A DNA stretch of 64,000 nt from Dehalococcoidia bacterium (GTDB lineage Bacteria > Chloroflexota > Dehalococcoidia > Lucifugimonadales > QGNO01): assembly GCA_965261825.1 (NCBI GenBank), contig OZ253484.1, positions 289,347 to 353,346 of the forward strand, written 5' to 3'. The notes under the pieces are model-generated. The model was not told where the DNA came from and made no database searches. It was given only the letters and a program-made list of their open reading frames with translations. Shown piece by piece: positions 9,797-17,937 of this stretch; position 1 is the first letter of the stretch, and each line of letters opens with the position of its first letter. A program made the translations under genes and the position numbers.

Positions 9797-11110
9797 ATGG
9801 AACCCCAGCCGCCAGGAGCAGCCACCCTAGCAAACAGGGATATGCGCCGGAGACTGGCGCACCGGGTGCCCTTCTACTACGGCTGGATCATAGTGGTGGG
9901 CGCCTTCTTTGGCACTTTCATCGGTGGGGGATTGCAGAGCTTTACGTTCAGTGTGTTCCTCCAGCCAATGAGCGACGACCTGGGATGGTCGCGAACGGCC
10001 CTCACCGGCGCACTCACCTTCCGCTTGATAACCGCAGCCTCCCTGGCGCCGATCTTCGGGCCCATGGTCGACAAGTACGGGCCTCGTTTTCTAATGGTGG
10101 CTGCGGCGGTCATTGGAGGCGTCGCGGCTTTGCTGCTCAGTCGCGTCACTCAGCTATGGCAGTTCTACGCTATATTCGCCTTCATCGGGATGTCGGGCGG
10201 CGCTGGGCTGGGCGGAGTGGTCACGGGCGCCACCGTGGTGAAGTGGTTCGTCCGGATGCGGGGCAGGGCGATGGCTTTCACCACGATGGGTGGCGCCGCG
10301 CCCGGTTTGATCCTAGCTCCCATCATAGCCTTTATAGTATTCAACTACAGCTGGCAAGTGGGATGGCTGGTGATGGGGGTGTTGTTTTTCGTCATCCTGC
10401 TGCCGGTCTCCTTCTTCATGGCCAGACAGCCGGAGGACCTTGACCTGCTGCCGGACGGGGCAAAGAGCGAAGCAGAGGTCGACGCCGCCTACAAGCGGCG
10501 GGGCGGCTTGGAGTCGGCGTATTCCTGGCGGTTGAAGGAAGTGGTGCGCACCAAGGCTTTCTGGATCCTCATTGCGGGGTTCGTGTTGGGAAGCCTTTCC
10601 GTCTCGTCGGTGATCCTTCACGAGTTCAGCTACGTCCGTGACCAGGGCTACTCTGTGCCCATAGCAACGGGAGTGCTCAGCACCCATGCCGGCTTCGCCC
10701 TCAGCATCAGGCCCATCTGGGGACTGGTGCTGGAGAGGGTTCCCGTCAGGTTCGTTGTGGCCGCGGTTTATCTGGGCTCGTCTATGGCGCTGATCATCCT
10801 GCTCACGGCCAGCACTACGGCGCAGTTCTTTGTCTTTGCCGCCGTATACGGCATGAGCATAGCGGGACATGCGGTGAGCCACTCGATTATCTTCGCCAAC
10901 TACTTCGGACGGGACTACGCCGGCACCATACGCGGAGTGGTCACGCCGGTCACCGCGGGAGCAGGAGCCATAGGGCCTTTGCTGGTGAGCATGGGCTTCG
11001 ATATCACGGGGAGCTATCAGATGCCTTTCATGGTGATGATAGGTCTTTTCTGGGTGGGACTGGTGATCATGCTGCTGGCGAAGCCTCCTGTGAAGAAGGA
11101 GGCGGCTTAA
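9797..11110 (+). CDS. MFS transporter (paralog 1)
   Basis: 437 aa with about 12 hydrophobic segments. It shares long motifs with 16605..17924: GGGLQSFTF, WQFYAIFA, VVKWFVR.RGRA, ARQPED, ANYFGRD..GTIRG. Confidence 0.85.
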   Translation: MEPQPPGAATLANRDMRRRLAHRVPFYYGWIIVVGAFFGTFIGGGLQSFTFSVFLQPMSDDLGWSRTALTGALTFRLITAASLAPIFGPMVDKYGPRFLMVAAAVIGGVAALLLSRVTQLWQFYAIFAFIGMSGGAGLGGVVTGATVVKWFVRMRGRAMAFTTMGGAAPGLILAPIIAFIVFNYSWQVGWLVMGVLFFVILLPVSFFMARQPEDLDLLPDGAKSEAEVDAAYKRRGGLESAYSWRLKEVVRTKAFWILIAGFVLGSLSVSSVILHEFSYVRDQGYSVPIATGVLSTHAGFALSIRPIWGLVLERVPVRFVVAAVYLGSSMALIILLTASTTAQFFVFAAVYGMSIAGHAVSHSIIFANYFGRDYAGTIRGVVTPVTAGAGAIGPLLVSMGFDITGSYQMPFMVMIGLFWVGLVIMLLAKPPVKKEAA

Positions 11111-11166
11111 TGTTAGGATTAGGTAAAATTCACTCATTTTGGCAAAACATATTAAGGCAAGACATA

Positions 11167-11946
11167 ATGCATGAATCTGAAGAAATCGGGACTGCGGGGC
11201 TATACATTGATGTAGAGAACCTCCAAGGCGGAGCCAGAACGGTAATTGAGGGGCTTGTAGCAGACTGGCCCATACAGGTTCCAAAGCTTAAACAACTCAA
11301 CCTATACGTTAGGGCGGATCAAGCTCAATTATGGGAACTTTGGGCAAGCAGCAAATTCCCTGGCCTACAAATCAATGTTAAGGGTATCCAGCATTTCAGC
11401 TTACTATCTAAGAATTCGGCAGATATAGCAATTGCATTGGATGCTAACTCAGATTTTCTTACCGAACAGGTTGGCTTTATTTGCGTACTCAGCGATGACA
11501 GCGATTTCATTTCTCTATACACAAAACTGAGGGAACTTGGACCGCCAGAACAGGTTCCATTCAAGTGGATCCTAACTGACCGTCAAGGGACAAAATCTAC
11601 AACTCTTAGAGATTACTTTCCCAACAACCATATTCACATCGTTGAGTTCCCTTCTAAGGATTTATCTACTGGAAATGACATTCCAAGTGAGCCGATACAG
11701 TCGGGTTCTTTTGAGGCCATGGCTATCACTATTATCCCGGAATTGCCAATTGGGAAGTTTAAGAGTACCGATTGTCAAGAGATAATCAAACGATCCTGGC
11801 CAAATCATCCCTTGGCAAAAGCATCAGGTCCAAGTTTTGGCATAGAGTTTGCCAATAAGATATGGCCTATTCTTGAGAAGCGGGGTGTTAAGCTAATCGG
11901 GAGTAAACCGAGGCGTTATGAGATGACCGAACAAGCCAAAGTCTAG
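11167..11946 (+). CDS. NYN (LabA-like, PIN-fold) domain protein with a possible OST-HTH/LOTUS-like C-terminal region
   Basis: GLYIDVENL ... KNSADIAIALDA ... VLSDDSDFISLYTKLRE matches the acidic-residue pattern of NYN domains. The gene is visibly AT-richer than both neighbours. The track ORF starts at 11110, overlapping the MFS stop; ATG 11167 (MHESEEIG) is the more likely start. Confidence 0.65.
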   Translation: MHESEEIGTAGLYIDVENLQGGARTVIEGLVADWPIQVPKLKQLNLYVRADQAQLWELWASSKFPGLQINVKGIQHFSLLSKNSADIAIALDANSDFLTEQVGFICVLSDDSDFISLYTKLRELGPPEQVPFKWILTDRQGTKSTTLRDYFPNNHIHIVEFPSKDLSTGNDIPSEPIQSGSFEAMAITIIPELPIGKFKSTDCQEIIKRSWPNHPLAKASGPSFGIEFANKIWPILEKRGVKLIGSKPRRYEMTEQAKV

Positions 11947-11951
11947 CGGCC

Positions 11952-13238
11952 ATGAGCACGCCCACGGTTTACATAGAGACGCACGGCTGCAAGCTGAACG
12001 AGGCGGATACCCAGGCCATGTCGCGGCGTTTTCTGGAAGCGGGCTACGGCATAAGCAGCAAGCCGGACGACGCCTCGATCCACGTAGTCAACACCTGCAC
12101 GGTGACACATGTCGCCGACAGCAAGGCGCGCCAGGCCCTGCGCAGGGCGAAGCGTCGTAACCCTGGATCGCTGGTTGTCGCCACGGGCTGCTATGCACAG
12201 CGCGCCCCGGATGAGCTCGATCGACTGGAAGGGGTAGACGTTGTTCTCGGTAATACCCAAAAAGACGCCCTGGTGGAGGAAGTCAGTCAACTCCTCAGCT
12301 TCTACGGATCGGACAGTCCCGGCCTAGACACTATAGATGAGGAACGAGCGCCCGTCCTGCTCTCCCGCGCCATGATTAAGATCCAAGAGGGGTGCAACCA
12401 GGTATGCGCCTACTGCATTGTGCCCAAGGTGCGTGGTCGGGAACGCAGCATTCCGCCGCAGACCCTGGTGTCGCAGGTCAACGACCTTGTGAGGCGGGGC
12501 TACCGGGAAGTGGTGCTCACCGGCACGCAATTGGGTTCCTATGGTTTCGATATACCGGGCGCCTCGCTGACTGGGATGCTGCGCCGCCTGCTGGATGAGA
12601 CCACGATACCCAGGCTCAGGGTATCCTCATTGCAGCCTCAGGAAATCACGGATGAGCTGCTGGATCTGTGGCAGGACCAGCGGCTCTGCCCCCACTTCCA
12701 CTTACCCCTGCAGAGCGGTTCGGAGCCTGTGCTGAAGCAAATGCGTCGCCGCTATTCGCCCGTGCGCTACCTGGAAGCGGTTCGGATGGTGAGGAAAGCC
12801 GTTCCCGATGCTGCCTTGACCGCCGACGTCATAGCCGGCTTCCCTGGCGAGACGGTGGAGCAGTTCCAGGACACCTACGACTTGTGCAGCGAGGTGGGTT
12901 TCGCCGCCATCCATGTGTTTCCCTATTCCGCCCGGCCTGGTACCACCGCCGCTTATCTCAAGCCCAAAGTAGACTCTAAGGAGGTGCGGCGGCGCATGGA
13001 GATGATGCTTGACCTGGCGAATCGTCAGGCGGAGTCCTACAGAAAAAGCCTTCTGGGCACCAGGAGCACGGTACTCTGGGAGAACGGCAAGTCCTTGGGG
13101 AATACCCGAGTATGGTCAGGCCTTACTGGTAATTACGTACGGGTTGCCGCGGCTTCCAGTGAACCCCTTCACAACAGGATTACCCCTGTTGTTCTGGAGC
13201 AATTGAACGGCAGGACAGTCTGGGCCAGGCTTGCCTGA
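11952..13238 (+). CDS. mtaB: MiaB-like radical-SAM methylthiotransferase (MtaB type)
   Basis: 428 aa. N-terminal UPF0004 cysteines (THGCKLNE, NTCTVT, TGCYAQ), radical SAM motif CNQVCAYCIVP, C-terminal TRAM-like region. Confidence 0.85.
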   Translation: MSTPTVYIETHGCKLNEADTQAMSRRFLEAGYGISSKPDDASIHVVNTCTVTHVADSKARQALRRAKRRNPGSLVVATGCYAQRAPDELDRLEGVDVVLGNTQKDALVEEVSQLLSFYGSDSPGLDTIDEERAPVLLSRAMIKIQEGCNQVCAYCIVPKVRGRERSIPPQTLVSQVNDLVRRGYREVVLTGTQLGSYGFDIPGASLTGMLRRLLDETTIPRLRVSSLQPQEITDELLDLWQDQRLCPHFHLPLQSGSEPVLKQMRRRYSPVRYLEAVRMVRKAVPDAALTADVIAGFPGETVEQFQDTYDLCSEVGFAAIHVFPYSARPGTTAAYLKPKVDSKEVRRRMEMMLDLANRQAESYRKSLLGTRSTVLWENGKSLGNTRVWSGLTGNYVRVAAASSEPLHNRITPVVLEQLNGRTVWARLA

Positions 13239-13252
13239 GACATTTGTCTCAG
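13235..13252. terminator. Short hairpin overlapping the mtaB stop, between convergent genes
   Basis: ctgagaca-tt-tgtctcag inverted repeat read directly (effectively a 7-bp stem with a 4-nt loop). No clear U-tract. Confidence 0.3.
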
Positions 13253-13313
13253 TGTTGAGCAGATGCCGCGAAGTTGCTGGTTTCCCCAATGACTGAGGAG
13301 TAAAATCGCCTTT

Positions 13314-14183
13314 CTATAGTTCCACGGCACGGAAGTTGTAATGACCGTTGCGGCGCTCCAGGTATCCCGCACGCTGATAGTAGCCATGGCTGAAAACCAT
13401 TAGCCAGCCGCCCTTTTCTGCCTCTTCCAGCAAGGCGCGTTTCTTGGTCAGTGTACCTTCCGGGTCGTAGTCCAGAGAGGCTATGCAGGTCAGATCCAAA
13501 TGATGGGATGTCGGCACTAGGTCACCCATGAAGGCAACCCTTTCCCCACCGTAGTTCACCAGCACTATCTGATGGCCGGGTGCGGGACCGTCCGTTAGCT
13601 TGACGCGAACCCCTGGCGCAACCTCTTCGTCACCATCGAGTAGGCAGATCTGTTCGCGTTCTTCCAGAGGCAGGAAGTCGTTCCCATGGAAGGAGTCCTT
13701 GGTTCTTTCATTGGGATTGTTGGCTTCCTCCCAGGCAGCACGCTGGACGTAGTACGCCGCGTTGGGAAAGGTGGGAACGGGTACACCGGAGCGGTCCAGG
13801 CGGGTGCTCCCTCCACTATGGTCGAACTGGAGGTGGGTGAGGATGACCGCAGTGACGTCTTTGGGGCTTACGCCATGATTCCTAAAATCCCGGGCCAGCC
13901 GGCTGGTGCCGAGGCCGAACCTGTCTCTTGTCATCTCAGATTCTTTGGTGCCTACTCCGGTATCTATCAGGATGCATTTGTCTCCGTTCCTGACAAGCAG
14001 ACAGTTCAAACCCATGGTGATGCGGTTTCTGCGGTCAGGCGACTTCTTCAACTCCCACTCCACCTTGGGAACAGGGCCAAAAACACACCCTCCATCGAGC
14101 TTGATTACTCCATCGCTTAAAAGTAACAATGACGTGGCACTAGTTCTCAAAGTTACAACACCCCCAGTCAAACTCTTTGCCAT
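13314..14183 (-). CDS. MBL-fold metallo-hydrolase (lactonase-like)
   Basis: ILTHLQFDHSGG (HxHxDH-type motif variant), later GHQIV and FSHG. ATG at 14183 (MAKSLTGG) is preferred over the 341-aa track start. Confidence 0.8.
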   Translation of the reverse strand: MAKSLTGGVVTLRTSATSLLLLSDGVIKLDGGCVFGPVPKVEWELKKSPDRRNRITMGLNCLLVRNGDKCILIDTGVGTKESEMTRDRFGLGTSRLARDFRNHGVSPKDVTAVILTHLQFDHSGGSTRLDRSGVPVPTFPNAAYYVQRAAWEEANNPNERTKDSFHGNDFLPLEEREQICLLDGDEEVAPGVRVKLTDGPAPGHQIVLVNYGGERVAFMGDLVPTSHHLDLTCIASLDYDPEGTLTKKRALLEEAEKGGWLMVFSHGYYQRAGYLERRNGHYNFRAVEL

Positions 14184-14650
14184 GTGTGATGTGACGCCGT
14201 TGTGAGCCTCTACCGCAGATCCAGGCAAAGCATGTGCGCGGCTTGGGTTGAATGCTTTAACCAACCCCACGGAGACAGAGGTTCGCCCTGCGTAGCGAAG
14301 AGATCTAAGAATTAAGCCGTCTTCTCGGTGGGCTCGCACCGTTTACCGGAAGAATTTGCGCTAAGACCGAAGCAGCCAATCGACAGGCGTTTCAGCCTTT
14401 AATTTGTTCTCGTGGGGCAACTACGTGATTCAGACCTTAACGGTGTCAATGGTGGTATGTCAACATTAAAAATTGCAAAGATTCGCATTAAATTGTTCCT
14501 TCAATTTCTTGACATTTACCCCGCAATTATGCAACCCCAAGACGGATGCTTCTCGTGGTGGTACAATCTTTCATAGGTTGCTATGAGGCCTGAGGAGGGA
14601 CACAAATTAAGGTACTTCTACTCATACTCATCTGGGCGGGCTTCATCCTG

Positions 14651-14968
14651 TTGAGGCTGATAGTGCGCTCTTCAATGCGGCCTAGAGCGGGTGCTGGGCA
14701 GCGCGGCTCCCAGGGCAATAGCTACTGGAGATCTCGTGGTGGGCAGGAAACCAGCTCACGGAATGGGTATGTAAGATCACCTTATGAAGTGCTGGGAGTG
14801 AGACGCGGTGCTTCCAAGGACGAAATAGTCTCCAGGTACCGCGAGTTGGTGCGGCAGTACCACCCGGACAAGGTGACCCACATGGCTCCCGAGTTCCGTG
14901 AAGTGGCGGAGCGGCGCATGAAAGAGATCAACGCCGCTTATAACGCGCTCAAAAGATACGCCGCCTGA
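14651..14968 (+). CDS. J-domain (DnaJ-like) protein
   Basis: SPYEVLGVRRGASKDEIVSRYRELVRQYHPDK is a canonical J-domain with HPD. The frame is open upstream to 14594 and encodes a hydrophobic helix there, so the true start may be earlier (see finding). Confidence 0.8.
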   Translation: MRLIVRSSMRPRAGAGQRGSQGNSYWRSRGGQETSSRNGYVRSPYEVLGVRRGASKDEIVSRYRELVRQYHPDKVTHMAPEFREVAERRMKEINAAYNALKRYAA

Positions 14969-15030
14969 CTATGACAAAATCCTGTATGCAAAAGGGGCAT
15001 CCAACCCCCGTTTGCCTACGTATTGACTGA

Positions 15031-15036
15031 TATAAT
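15031..15036 (+). promoter_or_regulatory. Candidate -10 box (TATAAT) placed for a leaderless or very short-leader transcript of the first selenoprotein gene
   Basis: A perfect TATAAT lies 7 nt upstream of ATG 15044. I could not place a convincing -35. Confidence 0.3.
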
Positions 15037-15043
15037 AGAGTCC

Positions 15044-15718
15044 ATGTTTTCCTCCGCAATCAAAAAGCGGTGCGTTGCCCTTGCAGCGCCTCTTTTGCTG
15101 TTCAGCATAGCCTGCACTACCGAAGTGGGCACTACACCGACTACAGTCGCGCCTACGGATACGCCAACTCCAACCGTTACTCCACCCTCATTAATTCCTA
15201 CGAACACGCCAACCTCAGGCGTGCCAACCTCTCCGCCGCCGCCTACGAACACTCCGACGCCAATGCCTGCACCTCCGGCGGAAACGGGAAACCGGGTTGG
15301 CAACATGGCGCCTGATTTCACTCTGACAGAGGTATCCACGGGCCAGCCCGTCCAGTTGGCCGAGTTGACAGCACAGGGGCGTCCTGTAGTCCTCTTCTTC
15401 TTCACCACCTGGTGACCGACTTGCCGCACCGAGTTACGGATGCTAAAGGATGTTTACCCGGAATACCAGGAGTCCGTGGATTTCTATGCACTGGGCATCG
15501 ATCCAACAGAAGGTCTGAGTGCCCTGGTCAGGTTCAGAGATGGACAGGACCACCCGTGGCCGGTGGCCAAGGCTCCGGCTGCCATGCTTCCGCAGTACAA
15601 TGTCTTGCAGCAGTCCACCAAGGTGGCCATAGATAGCAATGGAGTAATAGTGTTCCGTGAAGGTTACGGCGTAGAGGACACTGAGACCTGGGTCCGGCTG
15701 TTCCGTGAGCTTTCCTAG
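15044..15718 (+). CDS. Thioredoxin-fold thiol:disulfide oxidoreductase lipoprotein (TlpA/ResA-like), predicted selenoprotein with in-frame UGA (Sec) at 15413..15415
   Basis: Track ORFs 15023..15415 and 15440..15718 are in the same frame. Reading through gives ...RPVVLFFFTTW-U-PTCRTELRMLKDVYPEYQ..., so the TGA sits at the first Cys of the WCxxC redox motif. The N-terminus MFSSAIKKRCVALAAPLLLFSIAC has a lipobox, followed by a Thr/Pro-rich linker. Confidence 0.8.
15426..15443 (+). promoter_or_regulatory. Candidate bacterial SECIS hairpin (copy 1)
   Basis: GCACCGAGUUACGGAUGC begins 10 nt after the UGA. GCA/UGC plus CCG/CGG pair, with a bulged A and apical loop AGUUA. Possible outer pairs are CUU/AAG. 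It is nearly identical in copy 2. Confidence 0.5.
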
Positions 15719-15729
15719 GTGTAGCGCCT

Positions 15730-16557
15730 ATGTTTTTCTCAACAAGAAAGCGATCTGTTGTCCTTGCAGCGCCTCTTTTGCTGTTCAGCATAGCCTGCAC
15801 TAGCGAGGTGGGCACTACACCGACTCCAATCGCGCCTACAGTTACTCCAACATCGGTCGCGCCAGCGGATACGCCAACTCCAACTACTGTCCCCCCCACA
15901 GCTACCTCCACACTTACACCCACGCTGACGCTTCAGGATCAGCTACTTCAGGAGCGTGTAGTACTTCAGGAGCTTGTAGCTGCAAGAGCCACGGCTACGG
16001 CTCTGACGCCGACACCAACGCCAACGCCAACTGTTGCCGTACCTGTGCAGTGGCAACTCCAACCCCTACAACCTTTGCCTACGAACACGCCAACGCCAAT
16101 GGCTGGATCTCCGGCGGAAACAGGGAACCGGGTTGGCAACCTGGCGCCTGATTTTACCCTGACAGAGGTGTCCACGGGCCAGCCCGTTCAGTTGGCCCAA
16201 CTGACCGAACAGGGACGCCCCGTAGTCATCTACTTCTTCACCACTTGGTGACCGTATTGCCGCACCGAGTTACGGTTGCTAAAGGACATCTACCCTGAAT
16301 ACCAGGACTCTGTGGATTTATACGCGGTGAACATAGATCTAGGTGAAGACCTAAGTTCCATAGTCAGGTTTAGAGATGAACAGGACCATCCCTGGCCGGT
16401 GGCGCAGGCGCCTGCTGAAATGCTTCCGCTGTACAATCCCATCGCGGTGCCATTCAAGGTAGCCATAGATAGGAATGGAATAGTAGCGTTCCGAGGAAAA
16501 GGGGCAGATCCACCTGAGACCTTGCACCACGTATTCCAGGAGCTTTCCCAGGTGTAG
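15730..16557 (+). CDS. Thioredoxin-fold thiol:disulfide oxidoreductase lipoprotein (TlpA/ResA-like), predicted selenoprotein with in-frame UGA (Sec) at 16249..16251
   Basis: Track ORFs 15730..16251 and 16276..16557 are in frame. Read-through gives ...RPVVIYFFTTW-U-PYCRTELRLLKDIYPEYQ.... Lipoprotein signal MFFSTRKRSVVLAAPLLLFSIAC. The TP-rich linker is longer than in copy 1. The gene starts 11 nt after the copy 1 stop. Confidence 0.8.
16262..16279 (+). promoter_or_regulatory. Candidate bacterial SECIS hairpin (copy 2)
   Basis: GCACCGAGUUACGGUUGC sits at the same 10-nt distance from the UGA and has the same predicted pairs as copy 1. The only change is A to U in the bulge. Confidence 0.5.
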
Positions 16558-16604
16558 CGCCGCCATTTCAGGGGCGCCTTCCCTGTGATATATATAGCCC
16601 TACT

Positions 16605-17924
16605 GTGGAAGCAAAACCGGACATTCGCTACAGACTGGCTCATCGCACGCCTTTCTTCTATGGCTGGATCATAGTAGGCGCCGCGTTTCTCGGCTCGTTC
16701 GCCGGAGGAGGACTGCAGAGCTTCACCTTCGGCGTCTTCATAAAGCCCATGTCGGAAGACATGAACTGGAGCCGCGCCGCTCTGGTGGGAGCGCTCACTG
16801 TACGTACCTACGTCTCGGCGGCGCTGGCGCCGATTTTCGGCACTGTAGTGGACAGATACGGGCCGCGCTATCTGATGACGGCTTCCGCCGTAATTGGAGG
16901 GATTGCGGCCCTACTGCTTACACAAGTCAGAGAGATATGGCAGTTCTACGCCATATTCGCCCTGATCGGCCTGGCGGGCGGCACGGGCGCCGGTGCACTC
17001 GTGGTGCAGGCAACCGTGGTCAAATGGTTCGTGCGCCTTAGGGGGCGCGCCGTGGCGTTCAGCACCATGGGTAACGCCGCCGCTGGGGCGGTGCTCGCCC
17101 CGTTCATCGGATTCATCATTGCTACGTCGGGATGGGAAAACGGATGGATAGTCATGGCCGTCCTCTTCTTTGTCTTCCTGCTCCCGGTTTCTTTCCTCAT
17201 GGTGCGGCAACCGGAGGACGTGGGGCTGTTTCCAGATGGGGCAAAGAGCCAGGAAGAGTTGGACGCGACCTACCAGAGGCGGGCCGGGCGCGAATCGGCG
17301 GTATCCTGGCGTTTGAAGGAGGCGCTGAGAACGCGGGCGTTATGGATTATCCTGCTGGCGCAGGTTGTTGGCGGCGCACCCGTGTCATCGGTGGTGCTTC
17401 ACGAGTTCAGCTTCGTAACCGACGAAGGGTTCAACACCGCCGTGGCCGCCGCGGTGCTGAGCACCCATGCCGTGGCTGCCTCTCTGGCGAGGCTGCTCTG
17501 GGGCTTCTTGGTGGAGCGGTACCACGTCCGCTACTGTTTGGCTGCCTCCAGCTCTGGCTCGGCCGTAGGGCTTGTCTTTCTTCTCAGCGGGCTTGACTGG
17601 GGTATCACGCCTCTACTCTTCATCTTTGGCGTCGTCTACGGCATAAACGTGGGTGGACAGGCTGTGCTGACGTCAGTGGTAACCGCCAACTACTTTGGGC
17701 GGGACTTCGTAGGCACCATACGGGGCACGCTCATGCCTATCACGACAACTTCAGTGGCGCTGGGACCGGTAGCGGTGGGACTGGTGTATGACGTAATGGG
17801 TACGTATTTCCCGGCCTACATCTTCATGGTGGGTATGTTCTTAGTCTCGGCGACTATAATCTTATTTGCCAAGCCTCCCACCAAAGCCGCCGAACCCTCT
17901 GGGGAAGCGGCGCCTGCGGCCTAG
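16605..17924 (+). CDS. MFS transporter (paralog 2)
   Basis: 439 aa, collinear with 9797..11110 along its whole length (RLAHRTPFFYGWIIVGAAFLGSFAGGGLQSFTF...). Confidence 0.85.
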   Translation: MEAKPDIRYRLAHRTPFFYGWIIVGAAFLGSFAGGGLQSFTFGVFIKPMSEDMNWSRAALVGALTVRTYVSAALAPIFGTVVDRYGPRYLMTASAVIGGIAALLLTQVREIWQFYAIFALIGLAGGTGAGALVVQATVVKWFVRLRGRAVAFSTMGNAAAGAVLAPFIGFIIATSGWENGWIVMAVLFFVFLLPVSFLMVRQPEDVGLFPDGAKSQEELDATYQRRAGRESAVSWRLKEALRTRALWIILLAQVVGGAPVSSVVLHEFSFVTDEGFNTAVAAAVLSTHAVAASLARLLWGFLVERYHVRYCLAASSSGSAVGLVFLLSGLDWGITPLLFIFGVVYGINVGGQAVLTSVVTANYFGRDFVGTIRGTLMPITTTSVALGPVAVGLVYDVMGTYFPAYIFMVGMFLVSATIILFAKPPTKAAEPSGEAAPAA

Positions 17925-17937
17925 GTTCCTATATCAA

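Noticed and set aside
10313-11284. 323-aa minus-strand ORF
   Set aside because: It is antisense to MFS paralog 1 and shows Arg/His/Gln-rich nonsense typical of a shadow frame.
14340-14650. 310-bp AT-rich intergenic region, examined for a riboswitch, an sRNA or clear promoters
   Set aside because: Only weak elements were seen: a TTGACA hexamer, TGgTACAAT at 14559-14567 and short inverted repeats. There is no recognisable riboswitch core or terminator, so support is insufficient for a call.
15413-15415. Genome-wide reassignment of UGA (to Trp or Gly) as an explanation for the in-frame TGAs
   Set aside because: Several well-defined genes in the window end at TGA at the expected position: folE, the HK/RR fusion and the small lipoprotein with its ATGA overlap. 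The two internal TGAs coincide specifically with a catalytic Cys position.
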